Shown piece by piece: positions 27,280-42,719 of a stretch of DNA of 64,000 nt (within the stretch, counting starts at the first letter, position 1; each line of letters starts with the position of its first letter). A program made the translations under genes and the position numbers. The stretch is taken from NCBI RefSeq assembly GCF_009914755.1, contig NC_060925.1; one strand, 5' to 3'. The notes under the pieces were generated by a model, which was not told the DNA's origin, ran no database searches, and saw only the letters and a program-made list of their open reading frames with translations. This stretch comes from the human T2T-CHM13v2.0 reference genome, Homo sapiens.

Positions 27280-27577
27280 GGCCGGGCGCGATGGCTCACG
27301 CCTGTAATCCCAGCACTTTGGGAGGCCGAGACGGGTGGATCACGAGGTCAGGAGATCAATACCATCCTGGCTAACACAGTGAAACCCCGTCTCTACTAAA
27401 AATACAAAAAAATTAGCCGGGCGTGGTGGCGGGCGCCTGTAGTCCCAGCTACTCGAGAGGCTGAGGCAGAAGAATGGCGTGAACCCGGGAGGCGGAGCTT
27501 ACAGTGAGCCGAGATCCCGCCACTGAACTCCAGCTTGGGCGACAGAGCGAGACTTCGGCTCAAAAAAAAAAAAAAAA
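27280..27577 (+). mobile_element. AluY
   Basis: accatcctggctaacac, gaatggcgtgaacccgggaggcggagctt; CpG-rich; TSD tttgctaatctt. Confidence 0.95.
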
Positions 27578-27667
27578 TTTTTTTTGCTAATCTTTTTTGC
27601 TCATAGGAGTTTGGTTTATATATATGATATATATCATATATATGCGTATTATATAAAGCAAATATAT

Positions 27668-28116
27668 AGATAAAGAAAAAATTATTCTGACACTTATTAA
27701 AACAGTAAGAAAGACTTTATTCAAGGCTATTGCAATGTCAAGACTATTACAGCAGAGGTGAGAGATCAGACTCAACTCACTGATTGTATAGCAAAACAAA
27801 TGGAAATTTACAGCCATCAATCAAAATAAGGAGGTCAATGAATGAAAAATTACTAAGAGGAGATATGAATGGTAGGGGGGATTTTTTGCTACACCAACCT
27901 AACAGGATTTTTGCTGAAGGCAGGTCGGGGTGATCAGATATTAAGAATTTGATCAGATTTTAGCCTGGGAAATTCTCCCTAACCTGACTCAGCAGGATTC
28001 TTGCTACAAGTGGGCTGTGCAGACCCAACAAAAACAGGGACCAAGGTCAACACCTAGTAGAGAAGAGGGCTCAGAGGAACATGACTAAAGTTTGGTCAGG
28101 GAGAGAGTCTTTGTCA
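27668..28116 (-). mobile_element. 3' LTR (MER31-like)
   Basis: Ends (+) gagaagagggctcagaggaacatgactaaagtttggtcagggagagagtctttgtca. Confidence 0.82.
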
Positions 28117-29286
28117 GTTCTTCTTGTTCAAAGAAAGAAGAGACATTTTTCTTTCCTCTGAACAATATAAATTTATTTATACTTCTTTTGTTCATTAAGC
28201 ACCAGCTAAACCATCTGGTGGGACTTGGTAGTAAAGAATATTTGCTGGATAGCACAAACCATCAGACACTTAATGAGGAGAAATTCTATGAAAATAAAAA
28301 GAAAAAACAAGATTAGTGGTTGGAGCAGTCTACAAGCCCAGTTTCTAAGTCCATAGTGCAACCAGTCAAAAAAATTTCTAGATGTTGGGCTTTAAATGGT
28401 AAAGTGAGGACAGAAGCGACAATCCAGCAGATTTCCTGGTTTGAAGCTTGAACGTCTTTGGTGGTACCATAGACATCAGTGTCATAGCCATGGTTATATC
28501 CCAAGCAGAGCATGGGAGAGTCTAACTTCAGCTCACCAGGCTTTTTGGATAGTCCCAATAAGGATCTGAGCAGTCAGGTTTGGGTTCTGTCATAAGCCTT
28601 TCCATGCGTCTCTGAAACAGTTCCTTTTTATTGAAAACAAAGCAGTCTGACCTGTAGTTGATTGCAAGCACTTTCAGGAAAGCATCAGAGTAAAATAATA
28701 ACTATCTATGATGACTTAGATAAGACTTGCAGTGGCCATAGTTAAAGAGTTTATGAGAGTTCATTTGACAAGGAAATTTGGTTATTTCTATAGCATGCAA
28801 CATTTCAGAATAATAACTGGCATTGTGACTAATAAAATTATACTGACTAGACATATCATAGACAGCTAGGTTATTGACAAGTTTCTAAGAACTATACAAT
28901 TTCTAACATATTTGTATTAATATCATGTATCCACACAAATATGAATGGTTAACCTAGGGAAGAATAAGAATCTCTTCTTATTTGACAATGTTTCTCATGC
29001 AATTTAACATATACAATAAACCTCATTTTAAAAAAAATATTTCTCCTTTTACAAGGTGAAAGAATAAATCCTTTGAGACTTTCCAGGGGCCCTATGTAAA
29101 AACTCAAAATTATTAGGATTTTATTTGAGGAAAGAAACATATCAAAAGTGTCAAAATCTTGAACCCTTGACTAAATAAGATCCTAAGTCACTGTGAAACA
29201 GTACTTAACTACCTATTTAACCAAAGTGACAATACAAGACTTCAAAAGTAACTATAGGAGGTAACACAATTGTAAAAAAATCTTAG

Positions 29287-29602
<316 letters not shown>

Positions 29603-29632
29603 AATCTTAGCTCTTTTAAAAGTGAGAAACTT

Positions 29633-29894
29633 GGGCGGGCGCCGTGGCTCACACCTGTAATCCCAGCACTTTGGCAGGCTGAAGTGGGCGGATCATCTGA
29701 GGTCAGCCTGACCAACATGGTGAAACCTTGTCTCTACTAAAAACATAAAATTAGGCGGGTGTGATGGTGCATACCTGTAGTCCTAGCTACTCAGGAGGCT
29801 GAGGAAGGAGAATTGCTTGAATCCAGGAGGTGGAGGTTGTAGTGAGCTGAGATTGCACCATTGCACTCCAGCCTGGGCCATAGAGTGAAACTCC

Positions 29895-29925
<31 letters not shown>
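29633..29925 (+). mobile_element. AluS, nested in the provirus
   Basis: Long A-tail; TSD aaaagtgagaaacttgg at 29618-29634 / 29926-29942; ~14-bp left-arm deletion (gaggtcag^cctgacc). Confidence 0.93.
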
Positions 29926-29931
<6 letters not shown>

Positions 29932-30834
29932 GAGAAACTTGGTTCTCTTAAATAGTCAAGGGCATGATAAAAGTTAACAAAAAAACACAAGAAATTATTC
30001 TGACAAGGCACAAAATGTTTGTTTCCTGGGTAGATTACTCAAAAGGTAGAGAAAAACCTTTTATAATATAATATTAAGAGCAGACCAATATTCTAAAAAA
30101 ACTTCATCCAAGAAAACCTTATAAATAAGTCCATCAAATTTTAGTTTGACCATGTGAGATCACTTTTCTGTAAACCTTCTACAACTTAATAATAAATTTA
30201 AACTTATTTTTATCAGTCAGTGTTTTAGTAATTTATCTTATAAATTAATAATAAATATTTATTACATAATTTACTTTAGCATAGGTCAAAGATTGCACAT
30301 TACTAAAATGATATTAGAAACTATTTTTAGTTTATAGATACTATAAAACATAATTATTGTTCAAAAGTCTCCTCATAAAACTTTTATTCCACTTATGTCA
30401 ACTTAATACATGTTCTTAAAAAATTATGCTTAGATTGTTCATGAAAATTTTATGAGACATTAAACAAAGCTAGTCATCATTTTGAGTCATTTCCCTGTTA
30501 ACTATTTTTATAATACATGCATGTTAGGAAAGTATCAAAATAATCACAATAGAAAAAACCTTAAAAATTAAATACATGTGCCTATGTTTTATTTACTACT
30601 GTGCTTTGATATATATATTGAGCCATTTATATTCATTTTTACTGCATCTTTACTTGTCCACTTGTTCTTAGGTTGAATTTATAGTTTTTATAATCTTAAA
30701 TATCTAGTAGCTATAATATCACCTTATTTGACTAGTAAGCCCAAGTAGGATAAAAATAAGTGCTCATATTATACTTTATTCTGATAACTCACAAGGCATG
30801 CCTATTTTTATTAAACCAACAAAACCAAACTAGT

Positions 30835-31228
30835 TGTATTAGTCCATTTTACATTGCTATAAAGGAATACCTGAGGCTGGGTAATTTATAAAGAAAAGAG
30901 GTTTATTTTGGCTCACAGTTCTGCAGACTGCACAAGAAACATAGTGCTGGCATCTGCTGCTGGTGAGGCCTCAGGAAGCTTCCACTCAAGGTGAAAGGGA
31001 AGGGAAGCCAACACGTCAGATGATGAGAGAGGGAGCAAGAGAGAGGAGAGGTCCCAGTCTCTTTAACAATCAAATCTTGGGTGAACTCATTATTGTGGTA
31101 AGGGTACCAACCCATTCATGAGGGATCTGTTGACACGACCAAACACCTCCCACCAAACCCAGACTCCAACACTGGGGGCCACATTTCAACATAAGATTTT
31201 GAAGGGGACAAATATCCAAACTATATCA
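30835..31228 (-). mobile_element. MST (MSTB/MSTA) MaLR solo LTR nested in the provirus
   Basis: tgtattagtccattttacattgctataaaggaatacctgaggctggg...caaactatatca; 5-bp TSD ctagt/gtagt. Confidence 0.88.
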
Positions 31229-32559
31229 GTAGTCCTACTCAAATCACTTAAATTTGAAAAACATTCGGATTAATTTCCATATTTCTTGAGTTGTAAGAGT
31301 ATTTCCTTTCTAATACATAATTACTTAGCCTTCAGCCAATTTGAACAGTTTCTTTAAGGAATTTTATAAATAAACTTGTTAATACCATCAGGAGGAAGAA
31401 AAATATCACATATACATAACCTACCTACATGCACATATAAACATACAGGCAGACACAAATGGAGACCTCAGACATTTCATTCTAAAATTTTAGCCATGAT
31501 GCAGGTAAACACAATAATACAAAACTCACTGGTTTATGTATGATAGTTGGCTCTCATCTTTTTCTGAATTGTGTTTTTGGCAAATGAAAAAAATTAAGAT
31601 GACCTGCCTAATATGACAACTAGTTCTTTTTACCACTATTTATAGAGGAAACTCAAGATTTTCATTTGCTTTGATATGTAATCTTATGGAGGCTGTAGAC
31701 TAAATTTTGGGTATTGGACCTTTGGGAAATACCAAGTGATTGGTTGTTTCCAAAGTCCATCTGAGGAGGTAAAATATTGAGCCTGTTTTAAATTAACCTT
31801 TTTTTCTCTCTCTCTCTTTTAAGCTTCAGGTGGCTGTGTTGGGGGCTCCTAAATCCCTTGAGAGCCCCCTATGGGAACAAGGGACCTCAAGTTCAAGTGA
31901 CTGTAGGGAGTTGAGCAGCTGGACTGGAGAGGGAAAAGTCTGGAAGGAGCACACAGAGAAATAGAGGATGTAGGGTCTTTAAAGAGGGTCATATCAAAGG
32001 ATTCAAGAAAGCTGATGGGAAGATTGAAGGTAGTAAAGGAAAAAAAGAAGAAAAGAGAAGAGGTCTTAAATGAGCTTAAATGTGGGTAGGTAATAAGTGA
32101 ATGAAGTTCCAAATTATCCTTAACGAAATTATGCAAACAAGAAAGGAAGCAGACAGAGTTGGTGGAGCATATCATTAGGAGGGTTTGAGGAGGTGGTTGA
32201 GTTTTAGTAGACTGAGAATTTCCTATGGGAGAAACAGGATGAAATAGAATAAAGAAGCCTCAGAAAAAAAAATTTTCTAGCCGAGGAGTCAAGGAGTGAA
32301 TCTCCACTTGAAATAAGGAGGCAGGAAGAACTTCCAGCCTAGGAGATAACCTTTCAGACAAAGATAGCATACTCGGAGTCTTAAGAATCAAAACCTGTCC
32401 TTTCTGTGCTTCAATGGACAGTGGTCTGGAGCACTGGCTCCAGAGTGGGACTCACTAAGGCTTCCTGAAAGACATCAAAGATGTGCAGTTGGGGTCTTGA
32501 GTGAGAGACCTGGGGGTTCAATCAGCAATCTGATCCCATCCAAGGTTGGGCATTGTAAC

Positions 32560-32991
32560 TGTTAAAGACAATCTCAGCCAGACAGTAGTCAGAGAAGTTA
32601 AAACAGATTTTATTAATAAAATATTGCAATAGGGGAAAATAGGATAGAACTGAATACAGCAAAGACAAATGGAGATTCACAGCCAACAAGCAGAATGAGG
32701 AGGTCAGTGAATGGAAAATTACTACAAGAAGTCATCAAGGGTGGAAGGATTCTTTCTAAACCAATTTAATAAAATTATTGCTGAAGGCAAGCCAGGGTGA
32801 TAAGATATCAAGGCTGGGGGATGAAAAGCTTGATCAGATATTGAGGGTGAGACTTTCTCCCTAAATTGATTCAGCAGGATTCTTGCTACAAGTGGGCTAT
32901 GCAAACCCAGCAAAGACAGGGACCAAAGTCAGGGCCCTAGAGAAGAGGGCTCAGAGGAGCCTGACTAAGTTTGGTCAGGGAGTCTTTGTCA
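32560..32991 (-). mobile_element. 5' LTR (MER31-like)
   Basis: tgttaaagac...cagcaggattcttgctacaagtgggct...gagaagagggctcagaggagcctgactaagtttggtcagggagtctttgtca. Confidence 0.82.
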
Positions 32992-33292
32992 ATATGTAGA
33001 TTGGGGCACTAAGGCAGGCAGGAGATTGGAATTAAAAGAAGCGACTACACTTCAGCATTAGAAACACATCAGGATGCCTCCATATGAGAGGTGGCAGATA
33101 AAGCAAATGTTTTTTCAAGCACCTGAACAGTGGACAAAAATTTGAGCTAATTCAAAAGTCTAAACTGGATGCAGAACTGAATCCATTAAAGTCTGAAATC
33201 ACAGCTAACTAAGCGACAGCACAGCAGTGTCAGGGAACAGAAAAGTGTTCCTGTTCTGATAGTTAATGGGTTCAAAAGGAAGTCTGAGGGGT

Positions 33293-33653
33293 GTTGAAAG
33301 ATACATTATGCACATTAACGTTTTAAAGAGTTTACTTGAGTAGACAATGATTTAGGAATCAGGTGGCTCCAAACAGAAGTGTTTCAGAGGCTCAGCCCAA
33401 GGGCACAAGAGGAAGGCTTTTATGATCAGAAGCAAGGCCAAGAAATTATTCAATTCGTTAAAGTGCAACAGCAACCTTATTTCCATCGTTCCACTAGGAA
33501 GTCACTAGTTAGAGGTTAGTGGTTTCTGATTGGTTAAGCTTAAGTTTTGTTTTTCTAGAATAGCTATACTAAATTGGGTTTCAGTTTGCTTAAGTAGAAA
33601 CCCAGAGCCCTGGAGCTGCTTCAATCTAATGCTCTCCCAATTAATTTAAGGCA
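33293..33653 (-). mobile_element. ERV1 LTR, MER92-like
   Basis: Minus strand aattaattgggagagcattagattgaagcagctccagggctctgggtttctacttaagcaaactgaaacccaa resembles the recalled MER92 start. Confidence 0.55.
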
Positions 33654-33665
33654 ATGATGGAAACA

Positions 33666-34315
<650 letters not shown>

Positions 34316-34759
34316 AGAAGGAAACTTTTGCTATCTTTTCTATGTTCTGTGAAAAAAAAAAAAAAAAATGATCAAAAGCTCTTAAGATTACTTCTGGGCA
34401 GAGATTAGATGAAGGGAGGAGGCTAAACAGCCTCCACTGTGTCTCTGCACTTAGACCTTCCCCCTTTTCCAGCCACATTCTCCTACTTCTGATATCCGTC
34501 CCACCTCCAGGTCTGCCCCTAGGGGCCGCTGTCACAGAGAAACAGCTGTGGTTGTGTTTCTTATATTACTTCATTGGAGTTACTGCTACATGAGGACAAA
34601 CGTAGAGTGCAGCTCACTGGGTGGCAAATGCTGCATCTTGAGCCAGACTCACCAGAAATAAATCAGTCTCCAACTTCACGCTACACCTGATTTGAAACAC
34701 AAATTCCAGCTTTAGCAGTCTTAAAATTGTACTTGTCATGGGCCTTCAAGGACTGTCTA

Positions 34760-34965
34760 GTCCAGAGTTACTCAAACTCTATTGAGCACAAGAATTACTG
34801 GGCTACTTTTCAAAATTGCAAATTAATAAGTCCTACTCCCAGAAATTCTGATTAGGTCAGTCTTGGTTGGTACTCTGGAATATGCATTTGTAATCAGTCT
34901 TCCAGGAATATGCATTTTTAAGAAGGCTTCCAGGAGATTTGGATGAGTTCTCTGAGAAATCCTGC
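34760..34965. mobile_element. MER5A-like MITE
   Basis: cagagttactcaaact...cccagaaattctgatt...ggaatatgcattttta...tgagaaatcctg. Confidence 0.6.
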
Positions 34966-36889
34966 CTAGTTAAAATTACAAATGTCAAAAACTCCTTTGA
35001 ATTCCAATAATCTGTTATCTAGATCAAATTGAAAGTATTAGACCTATTACAGGTATTACAGGACAGTGCAAAATTGAGGAGTGAAAAATCACATGAGAAT
35101 AAATCCAACTAGGGTATCTCTAAACCATGAAAATGTGGGAATACAATTTACTTAGAAACCTCTTTTATAAAATGTAAGTTTTGAGAGTTTTTCTTAAACC
35201 AAAACCTCTTGCCATAATTGCAGGGAAGGAATGTTGCTGCAAAGCCAACAATTGAAACCTCCGCTATGTACCACGATAGTAAGGTTCCTGATCCACCACA
35301 GCCAAATGTATTTTTCAACTCCCCAAATTAAGATAATCTATAAAGAAATGTTCATTTATTAGCAACTTGTGTTTGACAGTTTATTTCATGTCAGCCTCCA
35401 GCTTTCCTTTGCAAGCTTATTTGCATAATGTGTTATTATGTCTAAATGGAAAACTAAATGCCTCCATGTGGTCTTTAAATGACAAGTGCTTGTCAGCTTC
35501 ATGCAATATTCAGAAGTAATAGATCCAAATCACAACAGCACTCACTGAGATGTTAAAAAAAACTTGTTGTGTATCCTTCCTTGACAAATTTACACTTTGG
35601 TACGGAATTGTCAATTAGACATTCCATGTGTTAAACAGTTTAGTTCAACTGTGAAGGAATTTACTGTAGCTTTATTCTACAGTGTTCTAAGTAATTACAA
35701 TTCACCTTACAATTTTTTTCATTATTTCAAAGCAGCTCAAGAAATAATCTCCAAATGACCTTGGCAAGATAGCTCCAAGAACTTCCGTTTAATTATTTTA
35801 GAATATATGAGAGTTTATGACAATGTTTTTAAGAACTCTGAAAAATCCATTGTGGGACTCTAAAAATGTTTTGGCCTTAAACTTCATGTTTTAGGATCAG
35901 CAAAATGGTGCTAATTTTTGGTATTTAACAAGAAACACACTATTCTAGAGGAGTTTTTACTGCATCAGGTTTTTTTTCCCCACATATATTTAGAATAGTT
36001 CTCATTTTAACATACTGATTTAACATTAACATTTAATTTAACATTCACACCAACAACTGAATCCATGAAACTTCCTCCATGTAAGTCACTGAAAAGAAGT
36101 AATTTTGTCTCAAGGCCCTTTTTCACTGGGAGACAACAGAGAAGAGAATGTAGCTACGAAAGAGACATTAATGCGGCTTCTCCAGCTCCATGCTATCTTC
36201 CTCCCCTCCCACTTGGATGGTGCTACAAGAAGAGCCCAAGCCTGAGGTTGTAGATGACTCTTAGTAAACCCAGTCCTGGAAGATTCCTAGAAAAGAGAAA
36301 CATACAAAGGTAGTAGAGGCTTAGGACCCCTGGGTTAGAGAGCCCAAGGATCTTAACCAAGAGGAAGCACAACTGCGGCTCCCTTGGGGAGACAAGATTG
36401 ACCCAGACTCTAAAGAATTGTAAAAGAAGGACGCCTGGTTTAATCTACAGGCATCACTCAGACGCTCTCCATAAACCGAATGGCCAGGAATGCAATGAGA
36501 AAACTGACAATCTGACTGATTTCCCCAGCAGATCCCTCAGGACTTAGCTGATTTGGGACTTAGAGTGATGAGAGTCTGCACCCCAAGTGCCAATCGGTGG
36601 GAAATGTGCTTTTAGGGCTGTTTGACCCTCATCCTGACCCTAGGAAGTGATGATGTATTCAATAGGTTTTGTTTGGAAGGTCTGGAGACTGGTGATGGAT
36701 GGCAAATGAGTGGGCAGAAGCTGACCTCAGAATAACAACAAGGACTCAGTGAATCCAAATAATAGCCTATTGAAGTCAGTTCCTAAGAGACTCAAAATGT
36801 AGCCACAGAGAAAGAATTCAAAACAGTTGTGATGAAAAGTAAGCAGTTGGAGAGACTGATTTATAAAGGAGGAAAATAATGGATCCAGA

Positions 36890-37085
36890 ACTGTGGGAAT
36901 TATGGTACGTTAAATACAGAAGGTACCTTCAAAATATGTTAGTCCAGTCTGCTTATTTCACAGATAACAAAAGAGAGGTCCAGAAAAGTGAGTTGCACAA
37001 TGATTTACCCAGCTTCTTAACAGCAGAGTTGGATCTGGATTTGGATCATGTAGTCAGCGGTTGTGGTTGCTTTTACCATGCCTTG
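36890..37085 (-). mobile_element. MIR fragment
   Basis: tagtccagtc...tttcacagataacaaaagagaggtccagaaaagtgagt...cagcagagttgg. Confidence 0.55.
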
Positions 37086-37434
37086 TTGGTGAAAATATCA
37101 GGTTACCCAGGCCCTCTCCAATGCTTTAGTCACAAATTAAAATAGACTTAATGGACAGACAATAAATCCAATCCTGTCTCGTTTACTGTCCAAGATGTTC
37201 TTGGCAGTTTATATTCTCTTATTTTATTAATATTAATATTATTATGTGTTATAAACATAGTATCAACAAAAAATGGTCTATTCCAAATGGTGAGTGAAAT
37301 TGCTCTTTTTTCAGAATCTTGTCAAACGCATCTGATTACAGTACATGTCTGTTCTATTCTCCCTTTAGCAGAACAAGAACATAAGATTAGTTTATTAAAA
37401 AATCAGCCAAAAAATCAATAGTTATTTTTTTGCA

Positions 37435-37965
37435 CCCACTTCACTCATTCATTCAACAGAAACATATTTAGACCTATTACATGCCAGGCATTGTTCTAGA
37501 CACTGGAGATACAGCAGTGAATAAAACATGAGGCATCTCTACATTTATAGTGCTTATGCTCTAGAGAAAGAGACAGTGAGTACACAAAATAATTAATAAT
37601 ATATCTCAGGGTCGGGCATGGGGGCTCATGCCTGTAATCCCAGCACTTTGGGAGGCTGAGGTGGGTGGATTGCTTGAGCCCAGGAGTTTGAGACCAGCCT
37701 GGGCAACATGGCAAAACCCTGTCTCTACAAAAAAATACAAAAATTAACCAGGTGTGGTGGTGTATGCCCATAGTCCCAGCTACTTTAGAGGCTGAGGAGG
37801 GAGGATGGCTTGAGCCCAGGAGGCAGAGGTTGCAGTGAGCCAAGTTCACACCACTGCACTCCAACCTGAGTGACAAAGTGAGACCCTGTCTCTAAAATAA
37901 AATAAAATAATCTCGGAAGTCGTAAGTGTAGAAAAATGAAGCCAACTAAGAGTACAGGAGCACTA
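37435..37965 (-). mobile_element. L2 3' region interrupted by an Alu
   Basis: cattcattcaacagaaacatattt...atgccaggcattgttctagacactggagatacagcagtgaataaaac. Confidence 0.8.
37610..37910 (+). mobile_element. AluJ
   Basis: ggattgcttgagcccaggagtttgagaccagcctgggcaacatgg; (taaaa)n tail. Confidence 0.92.
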
Positions 37966-38837
37966 CGCTATTTTGTGATTACTACTCCATAAATTACTTG
38001 GCTATAAAGGCAAGGCTAACACATTGAAGAGTTTCAGAGATCTAAAACTGCATTTCACACTATGTGTCCTGTATAATATTAATTCTGTCAGATAATAACA
38101 AGTGTTTTATGCAAAAAAAAAAAATCCTATGGTCAAATAGCCTCATGAAATCTTAAAGTAAAATAAATGTATTTCTGTACAGTTTATCAGAGGGTATAGA
38201 ATGCTACTATGTGCTGGAGCTTTATAATGTAAGAATATTAGGATATTACATGGAGCATTTCCCTGTTTTGACTGTAGAACTTGCTAAACAAATTGTCTGT
38301 AGAAAGCATTTGGGCAAAAAACTGAGTACTGTCAATTTTGATAAAATAGGGGTTGTAGCTGTATATCTGCAAATACTTGTGCTGTATAGACAAATCTTTA
38401 GTGACCCAAATATCCATTGTGTTTAATAACATGGAGGATTCAATGCTGAATTTAAAGAAGTGATTGAGGCATCTTACTTTGAGTACTGCTAGCTGAGGAA
38501 ACACCTGTTGCACATCTGCACTAAGGTAAAAAACATGTTCTTTTTAATTGCAAAATATATAGTTAACCTGTAAAAGCATGAGATGGACATTGGAAAAAGG
38601 AAAGCTTCTATGGTCCATACAAAATGCTTACATTTGTCTGGATCCCATACAAGACAGTGTCTATAAAGACACCAAGTAACTAAGTCTATCTTGGTGACAC
38701 ATAGTACAAATGTCTGGTAAATGGTACACAATAAATTTGAGGAAAAAAATGAATGAATCAATCAATTAACAAGGGTATGACACAGCATTCCATATCATCG
38801 TGCTTACCTTCTCCTGGAGTAAACATGTTGCAATATT

Positions 38838-39403
38838 CTTTTTTTATGATTGAGACTAAATTCATCTAACATAAAATTTACCACTTTAAAGTATACAATT
38901 CAATGGCATTTAGTATATTCAAAATGTTATATAACCATCTCTCTATGAAGTTCCAAAATATTTTTGTTACTCCAAAAGGACAATCCATACCCATCAAGCA
39001 GTTCCTCCTCATTCTTTCTTACTCCTAGACCCTGGCAACAACCAATCTGTTTTCTATCTCTATGGATTTTACCTATTCTAGATATTGCATAAATGGAAAC
39101 ATTCAATATGTAGTGTTATCTGTCTGGCTTCTCATGCTTAGCATGTTTTCGTGTATCAATACTTTATCCCTTTCTATGGATGAATAACATTCCGTTGTAT
39201 GTACATACTGCAATTTGTTCATCCAGTCCTTCACTGATAGACATTTGACCTGTTTCTTCCTTTTGGCTGTTGTGAATAGGGCCGCTATGAACATGCCTAT
39301 ACATGGATTTAAGTAACTCCTTTCCATTATTTTGGATATGTACCTAGGAGTGAATTGGCTGCATCATTTGGAAATTCTATGTTAAACTTTTTGAGCAACC
39401 ACT
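38838..39403 (-). mobile_element. L1MB-type 3' end fragment
   Basis: aacataaaatttaccactttaaagtatacaattcaatggcatttagtatattc...cctggcaacaaccaatctg...; the ORF2 C-terminal remnant [11 protein letters not shown] is visible in ORF 39103-39327. Confidence 0.85.
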
Positions 39404-39535
39404 AGCAATACTCTTGATAACAAAAAAAGAAAGAAAAGAAATCAGAATCCCAAAGCCTAGCTAAAATCCTGCTATTGCCTATTTAGAAAGAAAAATAAAT
39501 AGAGTGAGTCTGAGACAAAAGTCTTAAGTAGGTAA

Positions 39536-39931
<396 letters not shown>

Positions 39932-39989
39932 TAATTCATTCATTCTTTCCAATTTAGTAGTCCCATGTTTTCTCTCCACCCCAACCCCA

Positions 39990-40170
39990 ACAAGTCTTCC
40001 CTTCATTTACACATTATCGTCAATTTAAGTTGCTATGTTACTTATTTGTGTTATCACTACTCTCGCTAGCCTATAAGATCCTTGAGAACAGGGACTTTTC
40101 CTGCTTACTCCTATTTTCCAAAGACCTTAGATGATGACTGGCACATAGTGCATACTTAGTAAATATCCAT
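39990..40170 (+). mobile_element. L2 3' fragment
   Basis: ctataagatccttgagaacagggac...gactggcacatagtgcatacttagtaaatat. Confidence 0.7.
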
Positions 40171-41850
40171 GGCCTGATTTCTCTAATTATGGAACACAAA
40201 TAGCTTGTGCTTGTTAAAACAACTTTAGGCATCAAGAAACTGTTGAACATCTACACTAAAGTGAAAAAATGTTCTTTTTAATTATAAAATATATAGTCAA
40301 CTATACAGGTGTCTAGGTGGGAGATAGTTATTTAAAGGGGAAGTAATCACGATACATAACCTAGGCAGCCATTTACTCTAACTATGCACAGCCAGTCCTG
40401 CAAGGAGACACTGCAGGCCCTCTGGGGAAGAACAGCCATCCAGTCTACTCCTAATAATCTGCAGCAGTCAATTGCAAAGTTTGGAATCTTCCAAGTTTGA
40501 TTTAAAGGAGAAATGATGGAGCCTGCTATTCTCTAAAGTGACAGTGATTTATATGTGTAGCTCCCCAGGTATCACACAGAAAATGAACCCCAGGATGTCT
40601 GAAGCTAACAGAAATAAAAAGCTTTCTAATGCATCTGTACATAAGCTATCAACTAGATTTGATTACCTGGAGAGATGGCAATCAGCCTGTTTTTCAAGTA
40701 AAAGAAAAGTGAAAGGTAATATAAAATTATATAAATACTGCTATTCATTTTTTAATTTATTGTAAAACTGGGGAGAGAACAAATACAATCCTTCACCCTT
40801 CTTGGGCATCCTTATTTGGAAATAATTATGCATGTAAAGATTGGTTGCAACCTTCAAGGCAACTGTGGTGGATTTCAATGGTTGATAAGGTCCAGTGGTA
40901 ATAAAATGAAGCAAGACCCTCAAGACAACTTGGTGGGGGGCAATTATGACCCATTACTGTGTGAATCACACACTGTGATTAAACTCATAGGAGGCACTCA
41001 GCATCCGCACTTGTTGTGAAAAGGGCCCTGATTAGCATTTGTACTATGCATTTTGGTAATCAGAAATCATTATAGAGAATGCAACATTAAATGAAGGAAT
41101 ATGGCAATCTCCCATGCATTAAATAGGCTAATTTTTAAAAAGAAATGACTTTATATCTAAAGCAAATAACATCATTTCTTTTCCTACAAAGCATTAACAT
41201 TTGGTCAGATGCTCTTTACTATATTTCTATAAGTATTGCCCCAGCGAACATTTGATTAGCAAATTCTCCACTCTGCATGATATAGAGGCTGTTTTCATTT
41301 AAATGTTGATATGTAAGAGCTATTTTTGCTATGTGTCTTTAGTCTTGTAGCGAGCTAAATGATGAATTAAACTAGCCAGAGATAGAAACAGCAAGTCTTA
41401 AATTCTTAAATTATCCCAACAAATTAGGTCAAGATTCAAGAAGGCTTCTGACAGAGGCATAAGGAATATTTTCATTCCATAAAATATTAACAATGATGAA
41501 AGCTGCTGATATAATATTTTTGGCATGTTTTGACATTTGATCTATTTTTACTTCAAGAGATTTGGATCTACCCATTGTATTACAGTCTTAGACAATTGTA
41601 TCGTACTATTTTGTGTATGAATTTTAAAAGGCTTTGTCATCGTTTTATAAGTAAACACACTCTGAGGAGTCCATTTTGCAGTCAAATCTCCCACCCACAA
41701 GTACTCAATTCCATTTATTTTAATTGTATAGATTCCTTTGCAAAATGTTAGGAAAAGAGGCACTGACAGGATTGATTGAATGAAACAATCAAACTTTGCA
41801 TTTACCCAATGGAAACTTTAAATACTTTATTGTTAGCAGGCAAAATTTGA

Positions 41851-42153
<303 letters not shown>

Positions 42154-42719
42154 TGAACTAATTATTAAATGAGCGTTTACTCAGGATTTTATGTCATATG
42201 ATTAGAATAACTTTTAACTTTAACTACAATTTAACCAAATTAATTTACCGAAATCCTAATTGCTGTCTTTTAAAATACCCCTTCTGTGGCAACCATTTGG
42301 ATTGATTAACCAAATGTTGGCTAAAAATAATTACCCTGTATTTCAAAGTCCATTAGACAATAGCTAAGGAACTTCATTAACATTTATTATAAGATCAAAA
42401 TATGATTATCCATTTGCCTTTGCATTAACTGATATTATTCTAAAATTATTATTTTAATTTTATTTATAAATTATTATTTTAGAGGAGGGAGGAGCCAAGA
42501 TGGCTGAATAGGAACAGCTCTGGTCTACAGCTACCAGCGTGAGCGACGCAGAAGACGGGTGATTTCTGCATTTCCATCTGAGGTACCAGGTTCATCTCAC
42601 TAGGGAGTGCCAGACAGTGGGCGCAGGTCAGTGGGTGCACGCACCGTGCGTGAGCCAAAGCAGGGCGAGGCATTGCCTCACTTGGGAAGCGCAAGGGGTC
42701 AGGGAGTTCCCTTTCCGAG

